64,000 bases of DNA from Candidatus Binatia bacterium (GCA_963664395.2 OY761159.2:4160001-4224000), one strand, 5' to 3'. Shown: positions 51,877 through 61,764, counted from the first letter of the stretch. Translations and numbers: made by a program. The notes: generated from the sequence alone by a model not told the origin.

Positions 51877-51919
51877 TGTGCTTCCTCCTTAATGTCCTTT
51901 CGGCGGAGATATCGGCTGT

Positions 51920-52636
51920 TTATGGTGAATCCACGGGTGAATCCACGGGTGAATCTACTCGGTGAACCCACTCCGCGCCGTGGCTGTCGCCTTTTTTCAT
52001 CAGCGTTGACCACAGGTTTTGCGGATCAGCGCCAAAAAGCGTTGAGGGAGTACCAGGCATGACGCGCCAATCGCCCCGTGCGACTTCGTAGTCAAGTTGA
52101 CTGGGCGACCAGCCGGCATAGCCTGCGTACACGCGAAACTGCGCCGTCGCTGCCGCGGCCAGCATGGCCAAATTATCGAGACTGGAAGTAACCGAGATCT
52201 CTTCCGTGATGGGCAGCACTTCTTCAAGTGGAAATGTATCTGAGCGAATAAGTAAGAGCATCCGGGTCCGTCCTACCGGACCTCCGGCATAGATGAAATC
52301 CTCCGCATGCGGTCGGTCTTCCAAATGTGGCATTGCACGCGCCAACTGAACGTCCGTTGGGCGATTGACAACTACGCCGAGAGCGCCCCGTTGGCTGTAG
52401 GCAACGAGGTAGATGACGGTCTGTGAAAAATTGGGGTCGTTCAGATGATTTGCCGCTACGAGGAATTTGCCTTTTTCCAGCCTTTCCTGCCTTTCAGGCG
52501 TCTGCGTTGCCAGTGGTCGGGGCAGTAATCCGGGACGAATGGATACGTGCCGAACGGATACATGCTCAGAGGAGGGTGTCACTCCTAGTGTGAGCAAGAC
52601 CACAAGGCACAGAAAGGTGGGCGATGAACCTGTCAC
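51920..52636 (-). CDS. YqgE/AlgH (DUF179) family protein with N-terminal signal-like segment
   Basis: FLVA...DPNFSQTVIY...GALGVVVNRP...GGPV...GYAGWSPSQLDYE. Confidence 0.88.
   Translation of the reverse strand: MTGSSPTFLCLVVLLTLGVTPSSEHVSVRHVSIRPGLLPRPLATQTPERQERLEKGKFLVAANHLNDPNFSQTVIYLVAYSQRGALGVVVNRPTDVQLARAMPHLEDRPHAEDFIYAGGPVGRTRMLLLIRSDTFPLEEVLPITEEISVTSSLDNLAMLAAAATAQFRVYAGYAGWSPSQLDYEVARGDWRVMPGTPSTLFGADPQNLWSTLMKKGDSHGAEWVHRVDSPVDSPVDSP
51924..51973. repeat. 12-13-bp tandem repeat (GGTGAATCCACG x2 plus two degenerate units)
   Basis: Encodes the C-terminal VDSPVDSPVDSP of the AlgH-like protein. Confidence 0.85.
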
Positions 52637-52712
52637 AATGCGGAAACTCTACCATCTTTTAACTGAGCATCCAAACTATTCCCCACGTCTCCGGAGAGTA
52701 GGGCTTGCGGTG

Positions 52713-53222
52713 TTACCTGAGCTTTGAAGCAACCTGCAAGAACTCAACCCGATCTCCTGCCACGATTCCCCGCTGGCGACAAAATCCGGCATTCACTTCG
52801 AGCACATATTTGGCAGGGTGCTTGGAGGGGATTTGGGCGGTGGAGTAGGGCATTGTGTTTTCGGCGATATGGACGATGCTGAAGTCTGTGTTGATATAGA
52901 TGATGTCAAGCGGGAGTGGGGTGTTTTTCATCCAGAAACTGAGCGGGTTTTCCTGCGGGAAAATAAAGAGCATACCGCTGAACTCCGGCAGGTGGTTGCG
53001 ATACATGAGGCCGAGCTGACGTTTTTCCTGCGTGTCTGCAATCTCGACCAAGATGTGGATGGGATCGCCGCTTTGGGGGTGGATGACGACCTGGGGAGAA
53101 GAGGAGGAAGGGGAAGGGCAGGCGAGAAGAAGAATGGAGACGAGAAGGAGTAGGGCATTCCCCCTCGTCCTATCCCTCTTCGAGAGAGAACGTATATACA
53201 ATCTTACCCAGAGCAGAGCCAA
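52713..53222 (-). CDS. DUF192 family lipoprotein (start uncertain)
   Basis: LLLAC lipobox; VEIADT...GLMYR...GMLFIF...FWMKNT.LPLDII...YVLEVNAG. Confidence 0.88.
   Translation of the reverse strand: MALLWVRLYIRSLSKRDRTRGNALLLLVSILLLACPSPSSSSPQVVIHPQSGDPIHILVEIADTQEKRQLGLMYRNHLPEFSGMLFIFPQENPLSFWMKNTPLPLDIIYINTDFSIVHIAENTMPYSTAQIPSKHPAKYVLEVNAGFCRQRGIVAGDRVEFLQVASKLR
53193..53210 (+). repeat. Left 18-bp inverted repeat flanking the MmeI-like gene
   Basis: TATATACAATCTTACCCA; 17/18 identical to the reverse complement of 56192-56209. Confidence 0.75.
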
Positions 53223-53224
53223 TT

Positions 53225-56119
53225 TTACCCTATTAAAGGGGGCCGTAAAGCGTCATCAGAGATGAGTTCCGCAGGGTCAATTCCTACTGACGGAACTCCC
53301 GGCCCAATAATGGCCTCCCCTTCTTTCTCTTTCTTCGCCAGTTCTTGATTTAGAGTAAGGAGAAACGCGAGGAGATTATCACTCTTGCTCATCCCATACG
53401 CATCTCGGACAGCAGCATCAAGCTTTGCATGGGCGTCCCTAAGAGAGTTCCGGCCTGGCAGTTCTAAAGTGCGGTAGAGATCACGCAGGCTAAGGCCGTG
53501 AGTAGCCATGTGGCTACGTCGAATTTCCCTCAATATCGTAGACATTTCGGCGATCTGCTTGACCTGCGCTTTCGTTGGAGATTGGGGCCAAGGAAAGGAA
53601 TCAAATACGGTATTGCTCGTATAACGGAAGTCTCCTTTAAGGGTCGAGCATCTTTCAGTAAACCACTCCCAATGCATACCTGACTGTAGTATCCCAAAAG
53701 AATAATCGTCAGGTAAGGGAAAAACCTGAACAGCATCGTTGGGCCTGATGGAAGAATGGATAAATTCAAAAATTGGCCGTTTTGTCACCCGGCCACACAC
53801 TATGAATCGTGGCATCTGAGTAATCTTGCTTATCAATTCAGGTCGCGGGTATGAGAGGAGCCACCATCGCTTGAGAAAGTTCTGATGGTGCGTATTAACC
53901 CGCGCTTTTGGGTTGTCTAAGAGAGCTTCTTCGTTTCGTCTCTGCTCTTTTTTTGCGGCCTCTTCTCGGGTGGGTAGGACACGATCTTTTATTCTTTGAA
54001 AAGGGAGTTCATAACGGCCTGCTTCAAAAATATCACGCGGGTGAAAATTAATAACATATCGTTGCGGACAGGGAGGCTTAGAAGCAAAAAGCTCTCCTGC
54101 CGTTAGATACGGAAACAAGACCTCACGGTTAATGGGGGCACTTTGATAGAACTCGGCAGCTTCATTTGGGTGAAGGAGAAATCCTTTATGTCCATGAGTC
54201 TGACCCTGGTAGCAAGCAGGTGACTCACTATTCACTCGGATTGACCGTGCCTGCGTTATATCTACTCCCGGTGAGAGTGCTGCATTGATATCTTCCAATT
54301 CATAAACCTGCCACGGGCTATCAAGGCGGTCCCCAAGCTGCTTGAATAACTTCTTGGGGCCTGGAGCTTGGCCCCTCACCCAATTTACAATGGAGACGTG
54401 AACAGCCGCGTCTCCAGGCCAAACTTGAGTAGATACTGCCTCGACAATGGTTCCTCTGTTGGCGACAATATATTCTAGTCCTCCTTCTCTTGAGTAGTTT
54501 TGTCGAATTGTATTGGTTCCGACCAAGCCAGCCCTTCCCCCCTCTTTTAGCGAATCGTGGGCACGACGAAACCAGTAGACGCAGAAATCTGCATGGCCAG
54601 GCACGTCTGGATATCTTGCATGGACTCGGTTCACATATGCAGGACCGAATTCTTGCTGCATCTTATTCTTTGCCTGATAAGGCGGATTTCCTATAATCAC
54701 ATCTGCATATGGCCAGTCACAGAATAGAGCATCATCGGCCACAATATGGGCATCGAGGTTATCAAGTGGTAGCGGCTCCTCAAGATCAAAAGGCAGGTCT
54801 TGCTGGGCGGCAAATCGGGACTCTTTCGTTTCCGCTAGGGAGATACGCTTGGCGAGCATCAGCGTGACTTTTGCCAGTTCAACCGCAAACGGGTCTATAT
54901 CGATCCCATAGAATTGTGTTGTACTAATTAACGACCGTGCTCCGGCAGCACGGCGTGCGCGTTCGCCAAAATTTTCATGAATTTTCTGAAGAATCTCCAT
55001 CTCAAGATTCACCAGTTCTCGATAGGCAACATAGAGGAAATTCCCACTGCCACACGCCGGATCAAGCACTTGAAAGCGAAGAATCTCCTGTGCCAAGCTC
55101 TCTAATTCTCGCAAAGAATTCGCCTGCTCAATGCGCTCCTGCCAGGGGAGAATTATAGTCGGCAGAACGACCTTTTGAATGTCAGCCTCGTGGGTGAAAT
55201 GTGCCCCTAAAGTATGCTGCTGGTCTTGATCCATAGAATTCTGAAAGAGCGTGCCAAAAATAGGTGGAGCTACGCTCGACCAGCGCTCCTGGGCGGCATC
55301 GAGGAGCAATTGGCATTCCGTTGTGTCCAGCTCAAGCGGATCAATGGTATTGAATAAGCCGCCATTAAAATATGCCACTCCTTGGTAGCGCCCTCCACGC
55401 GCTAGACGAGTATCACTCATCTGACGAAACAGTCCCCCAATAAGATCATAGGAACTGCTTCCTTCGACACAATCACTCAGGAGTTGGGTAAAGAAACCAG
55501 AAGGAAGAAGATTGAAATCCTCCGCGAACATTGTCACGACGCATTGAAGAATGAAGCGTTGGGCCGTCTCTCGCGATTCTCCTCGGTCAATGAGGGCGTG
55601 AAACACTTTGGCAACTTTAGCGGCTGCCTCACGGGTAACTTTGACTTTGTCGTTCCCAAAAAGTGGTGGGGGGTCATGAGGTAAAAGGAAATTAAGAGCA
55701 GTATAGCGGTGTGGTAATTCTTCTAGTGTGACAGAATCGACTGGACTATCGAGCTGTGTGTTGAAATCGTAGACCCAAAATTCATCGAAATTGCACAGCA
55801 CCACATAGCGGGGACGATCCGGAACCAGTCCGATCCAATATTCAAACGCTTGACGATAATGCTTTTCCAGATGCTCCCCACGGCTCTTCATTTCTATGAG
55901 GACGCGGGGAGGCCAGAAGAGATCAGCAAACCCTTTCCTCCGCCCTGATCGTTTTTCTACAGGGAACTCTAAAGTTGCCCCAGCTTCCTTGTAGCCGTCA
56001 TGGCCGAAGGCTTGAAACAGACGATCACAATAGACCTGAGCTTCCCCTTTCTCGCTACCTTTGAGTATTTGGACATAATCAACGAACTTTTGGATACGCC
56101 CCACCACTTCCTCTTTCAC
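53225..56119 (-). CDS. MmeI-like Type IIL/IIG fused restriction-modification enzyme
   Basis: N-terminal ADLFWPP..LIEMK (PD-ExK), FNGGLF, GAHFT, LDPACGSGNF, GNPPY, C-terminal TRD (FDSFPWP, AHAKLDAAVRDAYG). Confidence 0.9.
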   Translation of the reverse strand: MKEEVVGRIQKFVDYVQILKGSEKGEAQVYCDRLFQAFGHDGYKEAGATLEFPVEKRSGRRKGFADLFWPPRVLIEMKSRGEHLEKHYRQAFEYWIGLVPDRPRYVVLCNFDEFWVYDFNTQLDSPVDSVTLEELPHRYTALNFLLPHDPPPLFGNDKVKVTREAAAKVAKVFHALIDRGESRETAQRFILQCVVTMFAEDFNLLPSGFFTQLLSDCVEGSSSYDLIGGLFRQMSDTRLARGGRYQGVAYFNGGLFNTIDPLELDTTECQLLLDAAQERWSSVAPPIFGTLFQNSMDQDQQHTLGAHFTHEADIQKVVLPTIILPWQERIEQANSLRELESLAQEILRFQVLDPACGSGNFLYVAYRELVNLEMEILQKIHENFGERARRAAGARSLISTTQFYGIDIDPFAVELAKVTLMLAKRISLAETKESRFAAQQDLPFDLEEPLPLDNLDAHIVADDALFCDWPYADVIIGNPPYQAKNKMQQEFGPAYVNRVHARYPDVPGHADFCVYWFRRAHDSLKEGGRAGLVGTNTIRQNYSREGGLEYIVANRGTIVEAVSTQVWPGDAAVHVSIVNWVRGQAPGPKKLFKQLGDRLDSPWQVYELEDINAALSPGVDITQARSIRVNSESPACYQGQTHGHKGFLLHPNEAAEFYQSAPINREVLFPYLTAGELFASKPPCPQRYVINFHPRDIFEAGRYELPFQRIKDRVLPTREEAAKKEQRRNEEALLDNPKARVNTHHQNFLKRWWLLSYPRPELISKITQMPRFIVCGRVTKRPIFEFIHSSIRPNDAVQVFPLPDDYSFGILQSGMHWEWFTERCSTLKGDFRYTSNTVFDSFPWPQSPTKAQVKQIAEMSTILREIRRSHMATHGLSLRDLYRTLELPGRNSLRDAHAKLDAAVRDAYGMSKSDNLLAFLLTLNQELAKKEKEGEAIIGPGVPSVGIDPAELISDDALRPPLIG

Positions 56120-56191
56120 TGGATTTGCTCCTTAGCCTGATCTCATACTCGCGCTAACTGCCCCTCACGCACCTCTGCTATCCCTAGTTTT

Positions 56192-56209
56192 TGGGTAAAA
56201 TTGTATATA
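56192..56209 (-). repeat. Right 18-bp inverted repeat flanking the MmeI-like gene
   Basis: TGGGTAAAATTGTATATA, followed by TTCCTTTCGAGAGGGGGG. Confidence 0.75.
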
Positions 56210-56267
56210 ATTCCTTTCGAGAGGGGGGAGTGTTTTTGAAACGGAAGAGTATGCAATGCTTGATAGC

Positions 56268-58385
56268 TTAACGGGTTGTTTCAGCTGCTTCCGTGTGCGC
56301 TGCCTCTTCCGCGTCATTGAGCGACTCGGAGACGAGTTCAACCAGGTCTTTGACCTGAACTTTCTCGTCGAGATTCTTCCCTTTGACTGCATCGTCCATC
56401 ATGATCATGCAGTAAGGGCAGCCGACGGCGATGGTCTCGGGTTCGGCTTTCATGAGTTGGTCTAGGCGGGTGTAGTTGATACGTGAACCCTGGGTCTCTT
56501 CTTTCCAGACTGAACCGCCACCTGCACCGCAACAGAATGTGCGGTTTTTGGACTGCTCGACGTCATTGAGCTTGATGCCCGGAATGGCCCGCAAGGCCTC
56601 CCGAGGCGGCGCGTAACGACCATTGTGGCGACTGAGATAGCAGGGATCGTGGAAGGTCGTGTTCTGCTCATTCAGGACGCGCGGGCTGATCTTGTCTCGC
56701 TTGACCAGCTCCTCAATATACTCCGAGCTGTGGTAGACTTGATAGTTTCCGCCAAGGTCCGGATATTCGTTGGCAATCGTATGAAAGCAGTGCGGACACT
56801 GGGTAATTACTTCCTTGACATTATAGCCATTCATGGTCTGTACATTTTTCTCAGCAAGCGTGCTGTACAGATATTCATTGCCCAAACGACGCGCCGGATC
56901 ACCCGTACAGCCTTCCTCTTTGCCCAGAATGGCGAAGCGCACGCCGGCTTTCTGTAAGATGTTGACCATGGCGGTGGAGACTTTTTGGTTGCGCTCATCA
57001 AACGAACCTGCACAGCCGACCCAGTAGAGCACCTCGGCTTCGGGGTCTTCGGCCAGGGTTTTCACTCCGAGACCGGTAGCCCAGTCTGCGCGTTTATCAA
57101 AGCCTAAGTTCCACGGGTTGGAGTTGGTTTCCAGGCCCTTGAACACCTTGACGACTTCGTGTGGAAAACGCGCTTCCATCATGACATCGTAACGGCGCAT
57201 GTCCACGATACGTTGGATATGCTCGATATTGACCGGGCAGCCCTCTTCACACCAACCGCAGGTAGTGCAGCCCCAAATGACATCTTCAGTCGCAACCTCG
57301 CTAATCATGTCCGCCCCGTCCCAGACCGGCAGTTCAATCTGTTCACCGCTTTGAGCGTTCCGCGCTTTGACCGCGGCAAGCTGCAAGAGGAAGGGCGTCT
57401 TTTGGATTAAATGCTCGCGCTGCACCATGACCAGATTTTTAGGATTGAGGGGCTTATCCGTGTTGACCGTGGGACAATTGAGCGTACAGCGTCCGCACTC
57501 AAGACACGACGCCATGTCGAGCAATTGTTTCCAGTTATACTCTTCCACCTGAGAGACGCCAAAGGTTTCAGCGGTTTCAAAATCGGTAATCGGTTCCAGA
57601 CGACCACGCGGTTTGAGATTGCTGAAGAAGATGTTGACCGGTGCCAGGAACATATGCCGCATCTTGGTAAAGGGAATCGAAGCGAAAAAGGCGGTAATGA
57701 TGAGCAGGTGAACCCACCACACGATTTGATGCGTGCCTTCTCCTGCGTCGGCCAGGGCAAAGACACCGGCGAACGCCATCCCCGCATAGGCCCAGCCCGG
57801 ATGACTGGCGGGGTTGGTGTGAATACGAACCCCTTCAAGCATGAGGCCGGTCACGCCAATGAGCAGGATGAGCAGCAAAGGCAGGCCATAGCCCATACGA
57901 TTCTCGAAATTGTCGACCATTTTTTCTTCGTCTGGACCAGCATGCGCCGCGGGCTGCTGGATGTAGCGGCGATACAGAAACAGGCCGCAGGCGGCAATGA
58001 GCAAGAGGCCGCAGGTGTCGAGGACAAATTTATAGACTTTGTAAAAGGCCCCAAAATAGAAATGCATGGGCGTGTCATGCTCTAGCGTGACGAGCCCGGT
58101 ACCGATGAACAGGCCGAAGAAGGCCACAAAGAGCGTCAGATGGTAGAGACCTCCCGGTTTTTCCTGCACGACGTTGCCTTGTCCAAAGGCTTCGAGGAGA
58201 AAGAGTTTGGTCCGTTCTGGAATATTATCAATACGGCTGACTGGTGCCCCGTGCCTAATCCGATTCCACCATTCGTAGGCGAGATACAGGGGCGCACCAA
58301 AGAAGGTGGTGAGCAGGAGCATATACATGACTACCTTGCCCGCCAGTGAGATATTCCACAAAATTTCTCTGGTGACCTCTTCCAT
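56268..58385 (-). CDS. Membrane Fe-S oxidoreductase, FadF/HdrDE-like
   Basis: NarI-like TM region, CLECGRCTLNCP and CTTCGWCEEGCP, two CCG domains (GCTGD...CPHC; CCGAGGG...CPYC). Confidence 0.9.
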   Translation of the reverse strand: MEEVTREILWNISLAGKVVMYMLLLTTFFGAPLYLAYEWWNRIRHGAPVSRIDNIPERTKLFLLEAFGQGNVVQEKPGGLYHLTLFVAFFGLFIGTGLVTLEHDTPMHFYFGAFYKVYKFVLDTCGLLLIAACGLFLYRRYIQQPAAHAGPDEEKMVDNFENRMGYGLPLLLILLIGVTGLMLEGVRIHTNPASHPGWAYAGMAFAGVFALADAGEGTHQIVWWVHLLIITAFFASIPFTKMRHMFLAPVNIFFSNLKPRGRLEPITDFETAETFGVSQVEEYNWKQLLDMASCLECGRCTLNCPTVNTDKPLNPKNLVMVQREHLIQKTPFLLQLAAVKARNAQSGEQIELPVWDGADMISEVATEDVIWGCTTCGWCEEGCPVNIEHIQRIVDMRRYDVMMEARFPHEVVKVFKGLETNSNPWNLGFDKRADWATGLGVKTLAEDPEAEVLYWVGCAGSFDERNQKVSTAMVNILQKAGVRFAILGKEEGCTGDPARRLGNEYLYSTLAEKNVQTMNGYNVKEVITQCPHCFHTIANEYPDLGGNYQVYHSSEYIEELVKRDKISPRVLNEQNTTFHDPCYLSRHNGRYAPPREALRAIPGIKLNDVEQSKNRTFCCGAGGGSVWKEETQGSRINYTRLDQLMKAEPETIAVGCPYCMIMMDDAVKGKNLDEKVQVKDLVELVSESLNDAEEAAHTEAAETTR

Positions 58386-58525
58386 ATTCTTCCTCCCGGC
58401 CTGTCCTGTACAGCTCTTTTTTGTGTCAGTTTTGAGGCAGAGCCGCAAGGGTGCCTCTCCGGACATCCGGTAGCAACGGAGCAGAATCGAATGATCCGTT
58501 GCATACGCCCGCTCATGCCGAAGCT

Positions 58526-58729
58526 CTAGTCGAGTAGCCTCGGTCCCCGATAGGTCGGCGGCTGCCACCCGCGCGCGAAACAGTCCTGGCACACGGGAAC
58601 AGTTTTCTTCACGCCGTCTTCTTCGACCAAGAACCCCCTGATGTATGGATATTCTGTGGAGACTACTTTTCCACAGTCCGGGTTCGCACACTGGACTCTC
58701 AGGATCGTATTTTCATGAGGACGTGCCAT
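58526..58729 (-). CDS. Small Zn-ribbon protein
   Basis: GGAGG RBS; CANPDC...CQDC. Confidence 0.7.
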   Translation of the reverse strand: MARPHENTILRVQCANPDCGKVVSTEYPYIRGFLVEEDGVKKTVPVCQDCFARGWQPPTYRGPRLLD

Positions 58730-58781
58730 TACTGCCTCCACATTGCCCAGTCGTTATTGGATAAAAACCGTCCGTATATTA

Positions 58782-58891
58782 GAAGCCATCTCATACATGA
58801 AATGATAGAGTGTGGAGCAGGACTCGACACGAAGACCTGACTGAGGAGCAATGGGGACTCATAGCGCCGCCGCTATGTATGAGACCGCTGC
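58782..58891 (+). mobile_element. Internally deleted IS5-family element (MITE-like, 110 bp)
   Basis: Terminal IRs GAAGCCATCTCATACAT / ATGTATGAGACCGCTGC (14/17) enclose TRHEDLTEEQWGLIAPP, matching the IS5 (DUF4096) transposase N-terminal DLTDEQWxxIxP motif. Confidence 0.75.
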
Positions 58892-58906
58892 TTGCTGATC
58901 GGACGA

Positions 58907-60103
58907 TTATATAATTCCGTCGTCTTTGAGCCCCGCCAAGTCCCCTGCCGTCAGACCCAGGAGTGAGCCGAAAATATCTGTATTGTGCTGCCCCAGGAGC
59001 GGCGCCGGCCGTACTTCGGCTGGAGAATCTGACATGTGTACTGCGCAGCCCGGCATCGTAAAACGGCCACGAGTTGGATGCTCGACACTTGTGATCATGC
59101 CGCGCTCTTTGAGATGTTCATTGGCTAAAATATCACCGCTGTCGAGCACCGCCCCACACGGCACTCCGGCCTTGCCAAAGGCTTCCATCACCGAAAATTT
59201 GTCTCGCTGTTTCGTCCAGTCCGCAATGATGCCAAACACTTCGTCAAAGTGTTCATTGCGACTCTTCTGGTCGTGAAAACGTGGATCGTTGATGAGGTCC
59301 GCCCGTCCGATTGTTGTCAGGGTGCTCTCCCACATCGCCGGGGTGGTGTTGATGATGTACGCATAGTCGTTGGGACCACCCGGTGCGCACGGATAGAGAT
59401 CGGTTGGGGCCAGACCGGCAAGCCGATTGCCCGAGCGTGGTGCTGGGACGCTGCCATAATAATGACTCATCATGCCAATGCGACTCAGATTGACCACCGC
59501 ATCCTGCATGGCAACCTCGACCCGTTGACCGCTGCCGGTTTTCTCGCGCTGGAGCAGGGCCGAGAGAATGCCAACCGCGCAGTGGATGCCGGTTCCGGTA
59601 TCGCCTATTGTCGGACCTGGCCGCAGCGGCGGCGTGTCCTGGGTGCCGGTGATACTCATCGCTCCGCCGGTGGCTTGCGCAATCATGTCAAAGCTCTTGA
59701 ATCCGGAATAAGGGCCGTAGGTCCCAAACCCCTTGACCTGAGCGTAGACAATCCGCGGATTGATTGCGGCGACAACGTCATACCCCAAGCCCAGGTTGGC
59801 GACCGCGCCCGGACCGTAATTCTCAACCAAGACGTCAAAATGCGGCACGAGCTGCTTAAAGAGGTCCAGTCCTTTCTCACTTTTGAGGTTGATGCTGATG
59901 CTTTTTTTGCTGGCGTTCAATAAGAGAAAATAGGGCGAATCGAGTCCCGGCTTATCGGTAATGAGATACCGGCCCTGATCTCCCCCTTTGGGCGGCTCAA
60001 CCTTCACCACGTCTGCACCCAGAAAGGCCAAAATTTCAGTACACGAAGGGCCGGCCTCAAATTGGGTTAAATCGAGTATTCGAATATGATCCAGAGCGCT
60101 CAC
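58907..60103 (-). CDS. Family III CoA-transferase (formyl-CoA transferase-like)
   Basis: LDLTQFEAGP, GADVVKVEPP, VENYGPG, FDMIAQATGG, APLLGQH. Confidence 0.92.
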   Translation of the reverse strand: MSALDHIRILDLTQFEAGPSCTEILAFLGADVVKVEPPKGGDQGRYLITDKPGLDSPYFLLLNASKKSISINLKSEKGLDLFKQLVPHFDVLVENYGPGAVANLGLGYDVVAAINPRIVYAQVKGFGTYGPYSGFKSFDMIAQATGGAMSITGTQDTPPLRPGPTIGDTGTGIHCAVGILSALLQREKTGSGQRVEVAMQDAVVNLSRIGMMSHYYGSVPAPRSGNRLAGLAPTDLYPCAPGGPNDYAYIINTTPAMWESTLTTIGRADLINDPRFHDQKSRNEHFDEVFGIIADWTKQRDKFSVMEAFGKAGVPCGAVLDSGDILANEHLKERGMITSVEHPTRGRFTMPGCAVHMSDSPAEVRPAPLLGQHNTDIFGSLLGLTAGDLAGLKDDGII

Positions 60104-60353
60104 ACTTCACCCCCTTTTTCGTTTGGCCGCAGGCTGCCTGTTGACGAACATCGCAGTGAGTCTGGGCCAATACTAGCGCTGTTGTCGGCCTTCGACCAGA
60201 CCTCGCCGGAGACAGTCGGTCGATAATCTGAAAATCTCCCAGCCAAGTCTTGTGGAGCGACAGATGCAGATAATGGAACACTCAGATTTTGAAAGCCGTG
60301 CCACGTGTGCTAGGGGCTTAGGGGTAGGAGCAAATCTTTAAAGGAGGTGTCTG

Positions 60354-61223
60354 ATGCGGACAAAGCACGTATTGTGTGGTCTGGTCGTTGTTGCCCTGAT
60401 TGGTGGTTTCAGCTCGCGCGCGATGGCCGAGTTTTTCCCGTGGTGGGCTTTCGACAGCGTCATTGAGGAGGTCCAGCACCGTGGGACTCTGAGAGTGGGT
60501 CTCGGTCTGTTCGAGCCCTGGTCGGCCTGCAACGCAGACGGCGAGCTGATCGGCTTCGAGATCGATGTTGCGACGAAAGTGGCCGAGGACATGGGGGTTG
60601 AGGTCGAATTTGCTCGGACGAACTGGACCTACATCATCTCGGAACTGATCGCTGAGGAGTTTGACGTCATTATCAGTGGTATGGCGATCCTTCCGGAACG
60701 CAATCTCAGGGTCAATTTTACGTCACCGTACAACTCCAGCGGTGTCTACCTGGTGGCGAATACAGAGAAAACCGCAGACCTGGAAACGCTGGCAGATTTT
60801 AACAGTTCCGATGTCACGCTTGCGACCCGTCGGGGAGCATCGTCCGTGGGTTTTGTCGAGAATACTTTTCCTGATGCCATGTTACTGCTCTTTGATACCG
60901 ATAACGCTGTCCTCCAGGCAGTCGTCGACGGTGACGCTCATGCTGCGGCGGCGTTCGCGACGACTCGAACAACGTGGGTTAAGGCTCACCCGGAGACCCT
61001 GAATCTGCCCTTCGAGGAGCCGTTTGCCTCGGAAGTGGGAGCGATAGCCGTGCGCAAAGGTGACCTCGATACCTTAAATTTCTTCAATACCTGGATCGCG
61101 GCCAACACGGCTAGCGGCTGGCTCGAACAGCGCAGCCAGTATTGGTTCGGGACCCGCGAGTGGGCCGACCAAGTCGCCACCGATTCTGAAACCGTTGCTG
61201 AGTGCGATGAATCCTTTGAATAG
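60354..61223 (+). CDS. Amino-acid-type ABC substrate-binding protein (family 3), no partner genes nearby
   Basis: Signal peptide; RGTLRVG, GELIGFEIDVA, FDVIISGM...ERNLRVNFT.PY. Confidence 0.9.
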   Translation: MRTKHVLCGLVVVALIGGFSSRAMAEFFPWWAFDSVIEEVQHRGTLRVGLGLFEPWSACNADGELIGFEIDVATKVAEDMGVEVEFARTNWTYIISELIAEEFDVIISGMAILPERNLRVNFTSPYNSSGVYLVANTEKTADLETLADFNSSDVTLATRRGASSVGFVENTFPDAMLLLFDTDNAVLQAVVDGDAHAAAAFATTRTTWVKAHPETLNLPFEEPFASEVGAIAVRKGDLDTLNFFNTWIAANTASGWLEQRSQYWFGTREWADQVATDSETVAECDESFE

Positions 61224-61344
61224 TTGGCTTCGGGTGGAGGCGTCCGGACGGCCCGCAATGTTCCGGCTGGACGCTTCCCCATGGTGACATCCCCAGTTAA
61301 ATCCTCATGACCTCCACCGAGCGACTACTCATCCACATCACGCT

Positions 61345-61764
61345 TTAGTCTTCAAACGCATTGCTGGAGTCTGGGCCGAATGGCCCATCTCGACCGAGGG
61401 CGAAATCTTCGTCTTGCCCGACCTGGCTGCCTTCGGTCTCTCCTTCCCCTTGGTTGAATATCTCTTCACGCTTAGTGGCGTCGGCGGCCGCTGGCACCTC
61501 TTGGGCGGGAAGGGCCGCTGGCACCCCTTGAGCGGGAAGGGCCGGGGGCGGTGTTTCCGTTTGCGACGCGGAATCCGGGTGCGTTCCAAAACTCGCCGCG
61601 GGTGGAAGTTCGGCGTCGATTGAGCGGGCTTTGCGGGTTGGTGTGTTGGAGTAGTGGACTGTCCCCTTGCTGTCAACCCATTTGTAAATGGCTCCTTGCG
61701 CAAGTCCCACGTTCGGCCAGACAAGCAGCCCGAAACTGAAAATGATTATTGCAATGCCTCTCAT
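61345..61764 (-). CDS. DUF4124 secreted protein
   Basis: Signal peptide, IYKWVDSKGTVHYSNTP; 27-bp tandem duplication at 61486-61539. Confidence 0.85.
   Translation of the reverse strand: MRGIAIIIFSFGLLVWPNVGLAQGAIYKWVDSKGTVHYSNTPTRKARSIDAELPPAASFGTHPDSASQTETPPPALPAQGVPAALPAQEVPAAADATKREEIFNQGEGETEGSQVGQDEDFALGRDGPFGPDSSNAFED

Noticed and set aside
53193-53230. Integron attC or dif site beside the MmeI-like gene
   Set aside because: Lacks RYYYAAC...GTTRRRY boxes and the XerC/XerD 11-6-11 layout; no integrase in the window.
60104-60353. Small ORF or ncRNA between the CoA-transferase and the binding protein
   Set aside because: No convincing RBS, motif or stable structure; consistent with a divergent promoter region.
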